From a virus (lineage: Duplodnaviria; Caudoviricetes), in IMG/VR virus record IMGVR_UViG_3300012984_000010: a stretch of 64,000 bases of DNA; one strand, written 5' to 3'. How positions within the stretch are numbered: position 1 is the stretch's first letter; each line of letters starts with the position of its first letter. The notes beneath the pieces are model-generated. The model had not been told where the DNA came from. It saw nothing but the letters and a program-made list of their open reading frames with translations, and did not search any database. Shown one piece after another: positions 33,473 through 42,509 of this stretch. Made by a program: the position numbers and the translations under genes.

Positions 33473-34887
33473 GCCGCCCCTACGCCCAGTATTTTCAGAC
33501 GTTGTTCAAAGCTGATGCGCCACTCTTCTGCGGTTATCAAGTCGGCACGACCCTTAGGGGTGTCCTTGAAAAGGACTCGTGTATCGGCGTCGTGCGTCCC
33601 ACGAGGCATATCCTTCCGTACCGCCTTGTCATCCAAAGACGTAAGAGCCCGCGCATCGTCAGAACCCAAGTTACCCACCTTCCGATCTGAGGGGGGTGGG
33701 CTAGAAGGGCGTTTCGTCTCTGCAACCGGAGGGGTGGGCAGAACAACTTCCACCTTTGCGACAGGAGCTGCGGTTGGAGCGACTGTGGAGGCCGTTTCCT
33801 GTGCTGGAGATGCCTGAACCTGCACCAAGACTGTTTTGGTCGACGTATCTTTGGCTGGTGGCGTTCCAGACACACATGACATTACATCACATAGTAAACG
33901 GAGGCGGGTCGCCTTCGAGGTACCTAGGAAGTGCTCGGCCAGCTGCAACAGGCTATCCCCATATTGGAGTTGCAGCTTCTGGGCTAACGGTTTGTCGACG
34001 TAAGTATAATCCACGTACATGTTGTTAGCCATGCGATAGCTGGTCATGGCTGCCTCTGCCAAACCTTCGTATACTGCCTCAGGTCCAACCTGATCGCAAG
34101 TCATCTCTACGAGTTGAATAGCTGTAGAGGGAGTTCCTAACGAGAGTAAGATCTCATAATATTTCGAAACCACCGACAAATTGAGATACTCTCTCACTGA
34201 GGCGCTGGTTATTTCACCCAGTTGGGCAATCATCTCCAAGGTATTGATGATGTCGCGCACATGGCTGTGCGATGCGTCAATCACCGTCAGTACAGCATCT
34301 TCCTCAAACCCCACCCCTTCTTGGGTCAGAATCCAACACATCCTAGTGAGCAGATCCTCACGAGGGATGGAGCGAATCTTATATTCCTCACACCTAGATC
34401 GGATCGGACCTCTGATCTTTTCTGCCTCAGTTGTGCAAAAAATGCCGACAAATTTGGCTTCCTCGATGGGTTTTAGCAACACATCTTGGGAAGCGGCGCT
34501 CATCCGGTGCATTTCATCGAACAGGTAGATACGTTTTTCTGCACCTTGGATGGCGAAAGGAAGGTCTTTGACGATCTTCCTCATGTGATCGATTGTGCCG
34601 TTTGAAGCCGCGTCCGTCTCCGTAAATGCTTGGCTGGTGTCTGCGAAAACCTCTTTGCAGTTGTTGCAGACATTGCACGGCTCCCCATCCGATTGGAGAT
34701 CCTGGCAAAGCATCGCTCGGGCGAGGATACGGGCAAGGGTCGTTTTTCCTTGCCCGTGCCCGCCGCTAAAGATGTAGCTCGTGTCGAGAGCCGTACCTTT
34801 GACCAACCGCGCCTTGAGAACTAGGGCAGCACTTTCCTGGCCCAATACGTCGGAAAAACGTACTGGGCGGTACCGCTTGTCCCACAT
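33469..34887 (-). CDS. dnaX: DNA polymerase III clamp-loader subunit gamma/tau
   Basis: KRYRPVRFSDVLGQ, GGHGQGKTTLARI, EPCNVCNNC, LFDEMH, IRSRC. Confidence 0.92.
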   Translation of the reverse strand: MWDKRYRPVRFSDVLGQESAALVLKARLVKGTALDTSYIFSGGHGQGKTTLARILARAMLCQDLQSDGEPCNVCNNCKEVFADTSQAFTETDAASNGTIDHMRKIVKDLPFAIQGAEKRIYLFDEMHRMSAASQDVLLKPIEEAKFVGIFCTTEAEKIRGPIRSRCEEYKIRSIPREDLLTRMCWILTQEGVGFEEDAVLTVIDASHSHVRDIINTLEMIAQLGEITSASVREYLNLSVVSKYYEILLSLGTPSTAIQLVEMTCDQVGPEAVYEGLAEAAMTSYRMANNMYVDYTYVDKPLAQKLQLQYGDSLLQLAEHFLGTSKATRLRLLCDVMSCVSGTPPAKDTSTKTVLVQVQASPAQETASTVAPTAAPVAKVEVVLPTPPVAETKRPSSPPPSDRKVGNLGSDDARALTSLDDKAVRKDMPRGTHDADTRVLFKDTPKGRADLITAEEWRISFEQRLKILGVGAA

Positions 34888-34888
34888 A

Positions 34889-35383
34889 TCAAACCTCGGT
34901 CGTTTGCAGCAAGTCCTCTGCCAGATTCTCTTCCTCAGTCTCCACCAAACTCCCCAGGTCTAGTTTCTGGGCGATAGAGACGAATCCTGCCAGACCCTGA
35001 TGCCAAGCACCGTGGCGAGATAGGATTGAAGAGAACTCTTGAACGTCTGGCTCTCTTGTGGACCAATTCATGGTGCCGGTCTTCTCGTCTTCCTCACCAG
35101 TCAGATGCTCAAGAAGGTGGTCCACCAGAGCGGTCCTTTGAGACTCCGATAGTTCCTGCCACAGGTCGGCCGCCACCTCGATTACGAAGTCTCGTTCGAG
35201 GGCCCACTCAAAGTAACCGCTGAACTTCTTGACCTTGCCGTAAAGAGGGCGACCACCTTTATTGGAGGCCTTGTCAACGAACACGTAGCTGATCCGAGCA
35301 TCCGCCAATTCAGGGTGGTAGTTGGGGATCAGGCCCGCAGCTATTTTGGCAACGTCTTCAGCTTCACTGTATATTTTGGCCAT
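34889..35383 (-). CDS. Phage putative-metallopeptidase-like protein with variant HExxH
   Basis: DFVIEVAADLWQELS...ALVDHLLEHL...REPDVQEFSSILSRHGAW pattern. Confidence 0.65.
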   Translation of the reverse strand: MAKIYSEAEDVAKIAAGLIPNYHPELADARISYVFVDKASNKGGRPLYGKVKKFSGYFEWALERDFVIEVAADLWQELSESQRTALVDHLLEHLTGEEDEKTGTMNWSTREPDVQEFSSILSRHGAWHQGLAGFVSIAQKLDLGSLVETEEENLAEDLLQTTEV

Positions 35384-35405
35384 TGTCTCTATTTCCTTAG
35401 CTGGG

Positions 35406-36104
35406 TCAAGTTCCCAGATTCTTTAGGTATACACCGAATTTATCGTCTCCGAGGATTTCCCAAAGGTCAGATGGGTCTTTAGCCTCGCGACCATCAAAAA
35501 ACTTCAAGCGGGGGAACTTGGGGATGTGCACCCGAAAGTCGGGGGCGTCATGTTGGGCAAGTTCTTTGGCCCCTTTCCACCCTGTAGGGTCCATGTCGTA
35601 CCCCAACCAAACGTTTCGGACGTTGCGTTTGAGGAACCGCAACAAGGCTGTGCTGACAGCGGCGGTCATCGTGGGGATGATGTTAGGATAGACCCTTTGG
35701 ATGGGAAAAAGGTCAAACGCACCTTCGACAATCCAGATTGACTGGCTTTGCCACACATGAGGCATCGCCTGAGCGAGCCCGAACAGTACCGGCTCATCAT
35801 GGTCCAACAAATAGTCGGTATATCCTTTGGCGGCTCGATCCAGGTGTCTAAACTGTACCCCCTTCACCTGCCCCAAGGCATTGGTCATCGGGAATACCAA
35901 CATGTCGTTCAGACGTCTCCCTTGCCAACACCACTCTAAGAAGTCGGCCGCCCCCTCCATGGGCGGAAGACGCCTATTTAGATACCCTATCTGATAGCTG
36001 GAAATCTGGGTGTCGGTCACACCTCGGGCGTATAAGGCTTCGGCTACCTGTTCCGTCACTCCAGTGGCCGCAAACTCTACCAGAGTATCAAGCCACCGAG
36101 TCAT
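35406..36104 (-). CDS. DnaG-type primase catalytic core (TOPRIM), no zinc-binding domain
   Basis: LYARGVT..YQIGY, LVFPM, LFGL, IVEGAFD, YDMDPTG, KDPSD. Confidence 0.85.
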   Translation of the reverse strand: MTRWLDTLVEFAATGVTEQVAEALYARGVTDTQISSYQIGYLNRRLPPMEGAADFLEWCWQGRRLNDMLVFPMTNALGQVKGVQFRHLDRAAKGYTDYLLDHDEPVLFGLAQAMPHVWQSQSIWIVEGAFDLFPIQRVYPNIIPTMTAAVSTALLRFLKRNVRNVWLGYDMDPTGWKGAKELAQHDAPDFRVHIPKFPRLKFFDGREAKDPSDLWEILGDDKFGVYLKNLGT

Positions 36105-36702
36105 GACCTATTAGGATAAGGGAACGATCCGCCTGACACAACATGATTGACAGGAATTCCCTAGACCTCATGTAGTGCCCCACCAATCCAGGGGAGGTGC
36201 TCAGTATGGCTTGACCCTCCGCCAAAGCATCAGTAACTAGGATTAGGATGCCCTCCGATTCGGCCACATACCCCCTAGAAAGAGTTAGCCGATCCACTTC
36301 ATCTTCTGACAATTCGGCGCCGCAGATTCTAGGTAAGTCGGAATACGGGAGCAACAGATAACGGGCTTCTAGCTGAAATGAGGTCATTTTCCGCACGGCA
36401 TCCGACAGATTGACGCACCGATTATCCCAGCCTAGACTCTTAGATAGAGTACCCACAGTCTCAAATAAGCCAGCCACTACGGGGTTTTCTTCGTCTATAG
36501 GACATTCGAAAAACCCTTGTAGGACGAAGGGCTCTGACTGAAGAGGATCAGTGCGCAGAAAGGTCTGGAGCAATCGCCCCTTCGTATTGGAAACGACCCA
36601 CGGACCTCTCGACTTGTCCATGGGTCGTTTATTGGCGATTGGAGTGGCTTCCTTTCGAAGCCGTTCAGCAATCAAGATTCGTTCAAGAACCGAGATTTTC
36701 AT
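36088..36702 (-). CDS. Hypothetical protein
   Basis: 204 aa ORF overlapping both neighbours. Confidence 0.55.
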   Translation of the reverse strand: MKISVLERILIAERLRKEATPIANKRPMDKSRGPWVVSNTKGRLLQTFLRTDPLQSEPFVLQGFFECPIDEENPVVAGLFETVGTLSKSLGWDNRCVNLSDAVRKMTSFQLEARYLLLPYSDLPRICGAELSEDEVDRLTLSRGYVAESEGILILVTDALAEGQAILSTSPGLVGHYMRSREFLSIMLCQADRSLILIGHDSVA

Positions 36703-37210
36703 TCTTGGGTGCCGAAAGTAGAGGGGTCAAGTCGGGTACTGTGATGACGGGTTCAATTCGAATCCTCTTAAACCACAACAACACCCGCTTCCACCAAGGG
36801 ATAGCAAGTGTTTGACTGATGCCTGCCGCCCACAACAGCTCGTGCACGCCAGGCATATTCAGTTCCAACCATTCCGGATTGGAGGTTTGGGACACGAACT
36901 CTCTGAAGAGGGACTCTTTGGTTTGCAAAGCAGTGAAGAAGGGGCATCGCTTAGCATCGATAGGGTCTTCACAGATGGTCCCTTGCCATTCCTCAGGGTT
37001 CTCAGAATTGAGCATACAGAGGCCAATAGTGTTGGGGGTAACAATGATAGGTAGCCCCACCCTATGTTCCTCGGGACGTGGTTCGACAGGTTGCCTGTGG
37101 TTGTGGACGCAGAGATGCGGTAATCTCTGGCTAGCCTCCAGGACCCTACGGTCCAGTTCGGCGCACAGCAAGCCCCTAGCTTTGGCTAGTATTTCCTCGG
37201 GAGTCTTCAA
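36683..37210 (-). CDS. Hypothetical Cys-containing protein
   Basis: Likely TTG start at 37210 overlapping the upstream TGA; ORF track starts at 37273. Confidence 0.55.
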   Translation of the reverse strand: MKTPEEILAKARGLLCAELDRRVLEASQRLPHLCVHNHRQPVEPRPEEHRVGLPIIVTPNTIGLCMLNSENPEEWQGTICEDPIDAKRCPFFTALQTKESLFREFVSQTSNPEWLELNMPGVHELLWAAGISQTLAIPWWKRVLLWFKRIRIEPVITVPDLTPLLSAPKNENLGS

Positions 37211-37884
37211 GAGGGCACCTTCTTCACTATCAAAAATGGTGTTACACCGTCTTCCTCGAAGACTTCTGAGCAACGGTAGACATTATGTGCATGTTCCTTG
37301 TAGGCGGGCTTGTGGGTGACCAGCAATAGGTCGAACCCCAACTTCTCGGCCACGCCTCTCAGGAACTGACTGGTGTAGTCAACATACTCATCTGATACTG
37401 CTCCCAGCGATTCATCCAAGATCAGGACCGGCCACAGCTTCAGACGCTTGATAGCCAAGACCCTCAAGATCAACGATACGACGGTAGAAGGTCCGCCACC
37501 GAAGGCTTCGAGCGGTTTACCTCTATGGGAACGATGGCTGCCCTTCAACCCTCTCCGAATGAAGAAGTCGACCGAGATTTTGTTGTGCTTTGGGCCAACC
37601 TCAGATTCAAGGCTCAGAATCTGATCAGTGAAAATGGTCTGCAACCCTTCAGTTGCAATCTTTTCCACAGATCGTACCTGCTTCTCAACCAATTGATCCA
37701 AAAGTGCGCGGAAGAGCTCCACCACCTTGGACAGGATTTCTATTTCCTGATCCAGGTGGAGTACTTCCGCTTTCTTGGCCCGCAACTCGTCCGCGGCCCT
37801 ATCTCGTAGGACCGTCAGACGAGTTGCAGAGGCTTCGACGCTCTTTACCCTTGCTTCGAAGGCATGAAGCGTGTCACTAGGCAT
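37207..37884 (-). CDS. SbcC/Rad50 ABC-ATPase, C-terminal half
   Basis: Coiled coil, then signature FGGG, Walker B ILDES and H-loop LVTH. Confidence 0.85.
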   Translation of the reverse strand: MPSDTLHAFEARVKSVEASATRLTVLRDRAADELRAKKAEVLHLDQEIEILSKVVELFRALLDQLVEKQVRSVEKIATEGLQTIFTDQILSLESEVGPKHNKISVDFFIRRGLKGSHRSHRGKPLEAFGGGPSTVVSLILRVLAIKRLKLWPVLILDESLGAVSDEYVDYTSQFLRGVAEKLGFDLLLVTHKPAYKEHAHNVYRCSEVFEEDGVTPFLIVKKVPS

Positions 37885-39098
37885 TCGTAGGAACCTTCTG
37901 GGGAAATAACCACTTCACCGTCAGCATTCAGGTTGAAGCGGTCGAAAGTACGGAAGAAGGCAGCCTCTTTGGGGCGAGTCTTACTCGCCGGTACGAGCGC
38001 CGTCCTAAGCTCGACAGCATACCCCTTCGCCGATTCAAACAGGCTGATGAAGTGATCCACATTGACGTTGAATTCGAACGACGGGATAGAATCCGACCCA
38101 TCCTCAAGCTTCAGACTGTCGACCCCAACAGGAGCGCTGGTGATGTCGTCCGAGCCATCAATTGCCTTGAAGTGTAGGAATCCGTCCTTGTAGATCAGAC
38201 GGATCTTATCCTGATCGGTCGACAAAACCGCTCGCATATGCTTGAGAGACTTGAGGATCAACTCCTTCGACACCATCAGGACCGACTTATCCTGGCTGGT
38301 GGCGTAGTACTGGAAACGGCTATGCTCCTTGACATGGCTGGCCCAACCGATCACAGCGCCCTCGGTGAGAGCCCCATTCTCGTCAGGGATCAACTCGATC
38401 AAGAAGTTGGAACCTTCGCCAAAGCGAACCTTGACCTCTGAACCACACTTACCCAGGAAGTTGTTGAGGTAGTTCAGATTTTCAATGTGGACCCCCAACC
38501 CCTTACCCTTCAGGGCTTCACAAGAGTAGTAGGCCGCACGGGTACCATCTGCACCAAACATGATACCGTCCCCCTTCTCCCACTCGGGACGGCTGGTATC
38601 GAAAATCTGGAGGGTGTTGAGATGTTCATCTGTCTTGACCGCCTCAGAGGGTGTGAAAGCAGCAATACTCTTCAAAGCGTCTCGAAGGATGGCCGTGTGA
38701 AAGGTCCTCTCTTCTGTGGCCTCGCTGAACTTACGGACCAGAGTGGTGAAGTTGGTTGGATCGTAGGTCGACAGATCAACCTTGGCCCCACCTTCTGTCG
38801 TGTACTTGAGCCAATGGCGTTTCTCGTCCTGACCCGACTCCAGTTCGATCCAGCCAGCCACGTACTTCAAGGAGCCAATCTTGTCACTAGGGAAGGTGAA
38901 GCCGCCCTCCCCCTCAATCGATTCCACAGCCAGCTCAGAACGGATGTACCTCACACCATCGTGAGAATGGACGTACACCTTACCACCGTTGGTGGCAATC
39001 AAGAAGGCGGTGTCGGCACTCCCGCGTAGTTTTGGCTTGACGATATTGGCAATCTCTAAGGCCTTGCTCAAGGCCTCTACTGTGGTTTTGATCTTCAT
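37845..39098 (-). CDS. dnaN: DNA polymerase III beta sliding clamp-like protein
   Basis: Three-domain alpha/beta repeat (LSKAL.., ILRDALKSI.., LILKSLKHM..), GADGTR motif; 417 aa; same module as the clamp loader. Confidence 0.7.
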   Translation of the reverse strand: MKIKTTVEALSKALEIANIVKPKLRGSADTAFLIATNGGKVYVHSHDGVRYIRSELAVESIEGEGGFTFPSDKIGSLKYVAGWIELESGQDEKRHWLKYTTEGGAKVDLSTYDPTNFTTLVRKFSEATEERTFHTAILRDALKSIAAFTPSEAVKTDEHLNTLQIFDTSRPEWEKGDGIMFGADGTRAAYYSCEALKGKGLGVHIENLNYLNNFLGKCGSEVKVRFGEGSNFLIELIPDENGALTEGAVIGWASHVKEHSRFQYYATSQDKSVLMVSKELILKSLKHMRAVLSTDQDKIRLIYKDGFLHFKAIDGSDDITSAPVGVDSLKLEDGSDSIPSFEFNVNVDHFISLFESAKGYAVELRTALVPASKTRPKEAAFFRTFDRFNLNADGEVVISPEGSYECLVTRFMPSKQG

Positions 39099-39119
39099 TT
39101 TGGGGTGTGTCTTTCAGGG

Positions 39120-39395
39120 TCAGGTGGTACTGAAGGCTGCTAGAGCCTGTTCTACTTCGCAGAGCTTCTTGTCGAAATCTTCGATCATGGCCGTCACATC
39201 GGCCTGCAAACGATCACGGTCTTCCTTGAGGCGTTTTGGGTCATAGCCCGCTTCCTCTATTTCCCTCTTCAGAGACACCAACTCTTCCTTCTTGGCTTGA
39301 AGAAGACCGCTGAGAGTTGACTTTTTGGTGTTGGCGGCCTTGTACCGCTTGCTTAGTTCTTCGACTTTTTCGCTTATTTGCTCTAGTGAGTTCAT
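39120..39395 (-). CDS. Small coiled-coil protein (91 aa)
   Basis: ATG 39395 overlaps the upstream TGA; heptad pattern throughout; ORF track starts at 39491. Confidence 0.65.
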   Translation of the reverse strand: MNSLEQISEKVEELSKRYKAANTKKSTLSGLLQAKKEELVSLKREIEEAGYDPKRLKEDRDRLQADVTAMIEDFDKKLCEVEQALAAFSTT

Positions 39396-40297
39396 TTGTG
39401 TTTCCTCTTTTTCTGTTGAGCCTGAATATCCTGCTGTACCTTGAAACCCTTGGGGCAGATAGCTTCGACAGCGTAAGGACAAAACCTGCAATTCTCAGGC
39501 TTTGGGTTCGGGGTGAAAGTCTCCCTAGCTTTGGAGAAGGGCGCCGTTGGTAGTACGACTCTCTCTTTTGCCTTGATCTCCTCGATCGTATCCTTGACCT
39601 GTGTGAAAAGAGACTTGATCTCCCCTTCCGAGGTACTGACCCAATCGATGCTCTCCACAGGCTCGTAGCGCCAGAACAAGAAGGCCAGCTTGTCTGGCAA
39701 CTGTCCAGTCTGAAGCTGATACAACATAGCATACCACTGGAGTTGGCGAGGATCGACGTACTTGTCCCGATGTTTGGAACCTTTCCCGTCAACAATCAAC
39801 AAATCGTTGTTGGGGGCGGTCCGCTGAATGATGAAGTCCGAACGTCCTCCCCAAATGTCCCCATTAGGAGCTTTGAAATCCAACTTGGTCTCGGCTTCCG
39901 CCCTGGGGCCTAACAGTCGGTGGTACCGGATGATGCGAAGACCTCTAGGGATCGCATCCCTAACATCTGCTATCAGCTCTTCCTTGTTGAGGTACATGCC
40001 ATATTGATTCTGGTTGGGCCCGTCACCCTTCCACAACAACACGCCGCCCTTGGAGGTCTCTTTGGCAATGCATTCGTTGATCTGAGACTCCACTCGGGAA
40101 AGCATTATTTTCTGCACCTCCGGCTGGCGCCAGAGCTGTTCCACGTAGAACTGCTCAAACAGCTGTCCCACCACAGAGCCGTAAATCGACCCTAGACGAT
40201 CATCAGGACCCTCGACCGTGGTCTTGGCGATGTAGCCGTTCCAGTAGTCAAATGTGCAACTGTCGTATTTCTTGAAACCACTATAGGATAGGTACAT
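39392..40297 (-). CDS. PD-(D/E)xK Cas4/RecB-like exonuclease
   Basis: LSYS...C, GRSD..IVDGK, QL.WYA, CRFCPY...C (probable Fe-S cysteines). Confidence 0.85.
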   Translation of the reverse strand: MYLSYSGFKKYDSCTFDYWNGYIAKTTVEGPDDRLGSIYGSVVGQLFEQFYVEQLWRQPEVQKIMLSRVESQINECIAKETSKGGVLLWKGDGPNQNQYGMYLNKEELIADVRDAIPRGLRIIRYHRLLGPRAEAETKLDFKAPNGDIWGGRSDFIIQRTAPNNDLLIVDGKGSKHRDKYVDPRQLQWYAMLYQLQTGQLPDKLAFLFWRYEPVESIDWVSTSEGEIKSLFTQVKDTIEEIKAKERVVLPTAPFSKARETFTPNPKPENCRFCPYAVEAICPKGFKVQQDIQAQQKKRKHK

Positions 40298-41274
40298 CAG
40301 GCTCTGGCCTTATCTAGGTAGAATTTGGCTCTGGTTATCACTTCAGGAGCAAAGGAGTCCAAAGCCTGTAAACTGCTATCGACATTCTGAGGTTGGCCCT
40401 CTTCATTGGCCGCAATCGCATCGTTCTCTAGTTGAATGACGAACTGGTCGATCGCCAGAGATTCCTTCTCCAGACGTTCTTTGCGCTCGACATCAAATAC
40501 TTCCTCCGCAGGCAATACCGTCAGGGGAAGGGCTTTGACGCTGATTTGGCCTTGATCTACCTCTATCAAAGCTACTTTCGGCGTTCGTTCCAGGTTTTCT
40601 TTGACCAACGCCCCTCGGGAAACAGCCCCTTGATTGACGAAGTACCGTCCCTCTAGCTGAACGATTCCCTGGTCTCGATGCCAATGCCCAAAACACAGGA
40701 CATCGAACCCACCCTCGACCAACATACTGTCGTAGCGGAACACCGGCTCCCCAAAGAAGTCTTCGACATTTGGGGGAGGGTTCTCACCCGCCAAGGCATG
40801 GATGATCGCAATCATGGCGGTATCGCCAGGCTGCTTTCTGAAGGCTTGTATCTCCCTCAGGGTGCGTTCCGAGCTGTAGGGGAACCCTACCACTCTAACC
40901 TGCTCCAATCCGTCTATGAAGACCTCTTCTCGGAGCTCCTTGAACACCCCTGACTCGAACAGGACCCCCAACGGCTGTTTGAGGATGGTGGTCAGATTGT
41001 TACCTACAATGTCGTGATTGCCCTCTACGCAATAGACAGGACAATGGTAATCATTGTGGATCGACATCACGTCTTTGACCAAAGCGTGAGAGTTCCGCAA
41101 AGGGTCCTTCACATGAAAGAAGTCCCCTCCGTCCAAGACTGCAATGGCCCCATGATCCTTGGCCATCTGGCCTATTTGGACCAGATTGCTTCGAATCTCG
41201 GCAGGGTAGTCCCCTTTCCAAGAGGCGGGGCCCTTGTCGGCAGCGTGAACATCCGTTCTAAAGATGAACCTCAC
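40297..41274 (-). CDS. sbcD: SbcD/Mre11 metallophosphoesterase nuclease
   Basis: TDVH, GGDFFH, GNHD, FGHWH motifs. Confidence 0.88.
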   Translation of the reverse strand: MRFIFRTDVHAADKGPASWKGDYPAEIRSNLVQIGQMAKDHGAIAVLDGGDFFHVKDPLRNSHALVKDVMSIHNDYHCPVYCVEGNHDIVGNNLTTILKQPLGVLFESGVFKELREEVFIDGLEQVRVVGFPYSSERTLREIQAFRKQPGDTAMIAIIHALAGENPPPNVEDFFGEPVFRYDSMLVEGGFDVLCFGHWHRDQGIVQLEGRYFVNQGAVSRGALVKENLERTPKVALIEVDQGQISVKALPLTVLPAEEVFDVERKERLEKESLAIDQFVIQLENDAIAANEEGQPQNVDSSLQALDSFAPEVITRAKFYLDKARA

Positions 41275-42509
41275 GAGGCCTCCTTGTGTAGGTGTTGCCC
41301 GCTAATTGGTTGTGTGCACGTCGGACAGACGCCCAAAGCTTCCAGATCCAGAACGATGCTTTCCTCAAGCTTGACGGCGGATGCCAAGTCCTTCTGGACG
41401 GACAGAAAGCTCGCTTCGGTGTTCAGCACTTTGCTGATGAAGGAATTTACCTTCCGTAAGGCGTTCAACTTCGCTTCAAAGAGTGCGGGGTCTTCAGCGT
41501 TCGGCACAGCACCCCAACCAGCCCAACCATCCAGAGTAACCTCCAAGCCGTGCAGTCTGGCCTGCAACGTCTTGATCTCCAACAGCTGCTGGTAGGTCTG
41601 CCTGATACGGGTGTCGTCAGGCAGCTCGATCTTGGAGATTCCGGTCAGGTTGCGTATTTTGGGAGCAATCTCCGACACTCTAGAGTAGAAACCGTCCAAG
41701 TCCGAGTGCTTGTCAGAAGTCTCCCTCAATGCTTCGTGATCAGGCAGGGAGGGTGCAACTGCAGTCGTCAACGTACCGATTGCTTGGGTCAGGCTCACGG
41801 CCTTTGTCATGAAGGAGCTGAGACGTTCGATAGATTCCTGGGACTTCTTCACGTTAGCCAGACGCTCTCGTAGGCCATTAGCAGTAGAGACCACCCCATC
41901 TAGACCGATGTAGATGTCTCCAATCTTTTCCAGAGTCTCAACGTCTTGGGCACGCACCTTACGAGTGGCGACGTCTTCTTTTCGGTCTTTGACCGCCATC
42001 GCCATCGCGACATTGACCTTCTCCAATTGAGCCACGTCGCTCAGAACATCAGCCACCACCGTGCCGGCTTTGTTGAGCAGAAAGATTGGCTCGAACTGAT
42101 CGGGGATCTGAATCAGTTCTTTACCTTCTCCTACCTTTACCTGATCGAACATACCGTCAAGGAACGGAGGGGTGCCGCGTTCCAGACCTTCGTAGATCTG
42201 AGAGGAGCTCCCTTGGACAACAATGTACCGGTTGACGGCATCACCCTTTTCCCAAGTCAATTCAAGAGCAGAGGTCTTGATGCGAACTCGGGAAAAGCAT
42301 TTACATTTCTTGGTGCCACGGATCGCCCTATCGCAGGACGATCCGTGACGGACGAAGTCAGTTCCGACGGCACCTGTGAGAGCCATTTGAACAGCCCTCA
42401 CAAGCGCACTTTTCCCAATATTCGAACGACCCACGATGGCCGAGAATCGATCGATCGCCACAGACGTGTGACGAATAGATTGGAAATCGGTGACTTCTAT
42501 TTCAATCAT
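41271..42509 (-). CDS. SbcC/Rad50 ABC-ATPase, N-terminal half ending at the zinc hook
   Basis: DFQS, Walker A GRSNIGKS, Q-loop IPDQ, coiled coil, terminal CPTC. Confidence 0.85.
   Translation of the reverse strand: MIEIEVTDFQSIRHTSVAIDRFSAIVGRSNIGKSALVRAVQMALTGAVGTDFVRHGSSCDRAIRGTKKCKCFSRVRIKTSALELTWEKGDAVNRYIVVQGSSSQIYEGLERGTPPFLDGMFDQVKVGEGKELIQIPDQFEPIFLLNKAGTVVADVLSDVAQLEKVNVAMAMAVKDRKEDVATRKVRAQDVETLEKIGDIYIGLDGVVSTANGLRERLANVKKSQESIERLSSFMTKAVSLTQAIGTLTTAVAPSLPDHEALRETSDKHSDLDGFYSRVSEIAPKIRNLTGISKIELPDDTRIRQTYQQLLEIKTLQARLHGLEVTLDGWAGWGAVPNAEDPALFEAKLNALRKVNSFISKVLNTEASFLSVQKDLASAVKLEESIVLDLEALGVCPTCTQPISGQHLHKEAS

Noticed and set aside
33469-34887. Programmed -1 frameshift giving gamma and tau forms of DnaX
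   Set aside because: No A-AAA-AAG heptamer or long A-run was seen on the coding strand.
39392-40297. Cas4-like gene as evidence of a CRISPR-Cas locus
   Set aside because: No repeat-spacer array or other cas genes are present; stand-alone Cas4-like nucleases are common in phage recombination modules.
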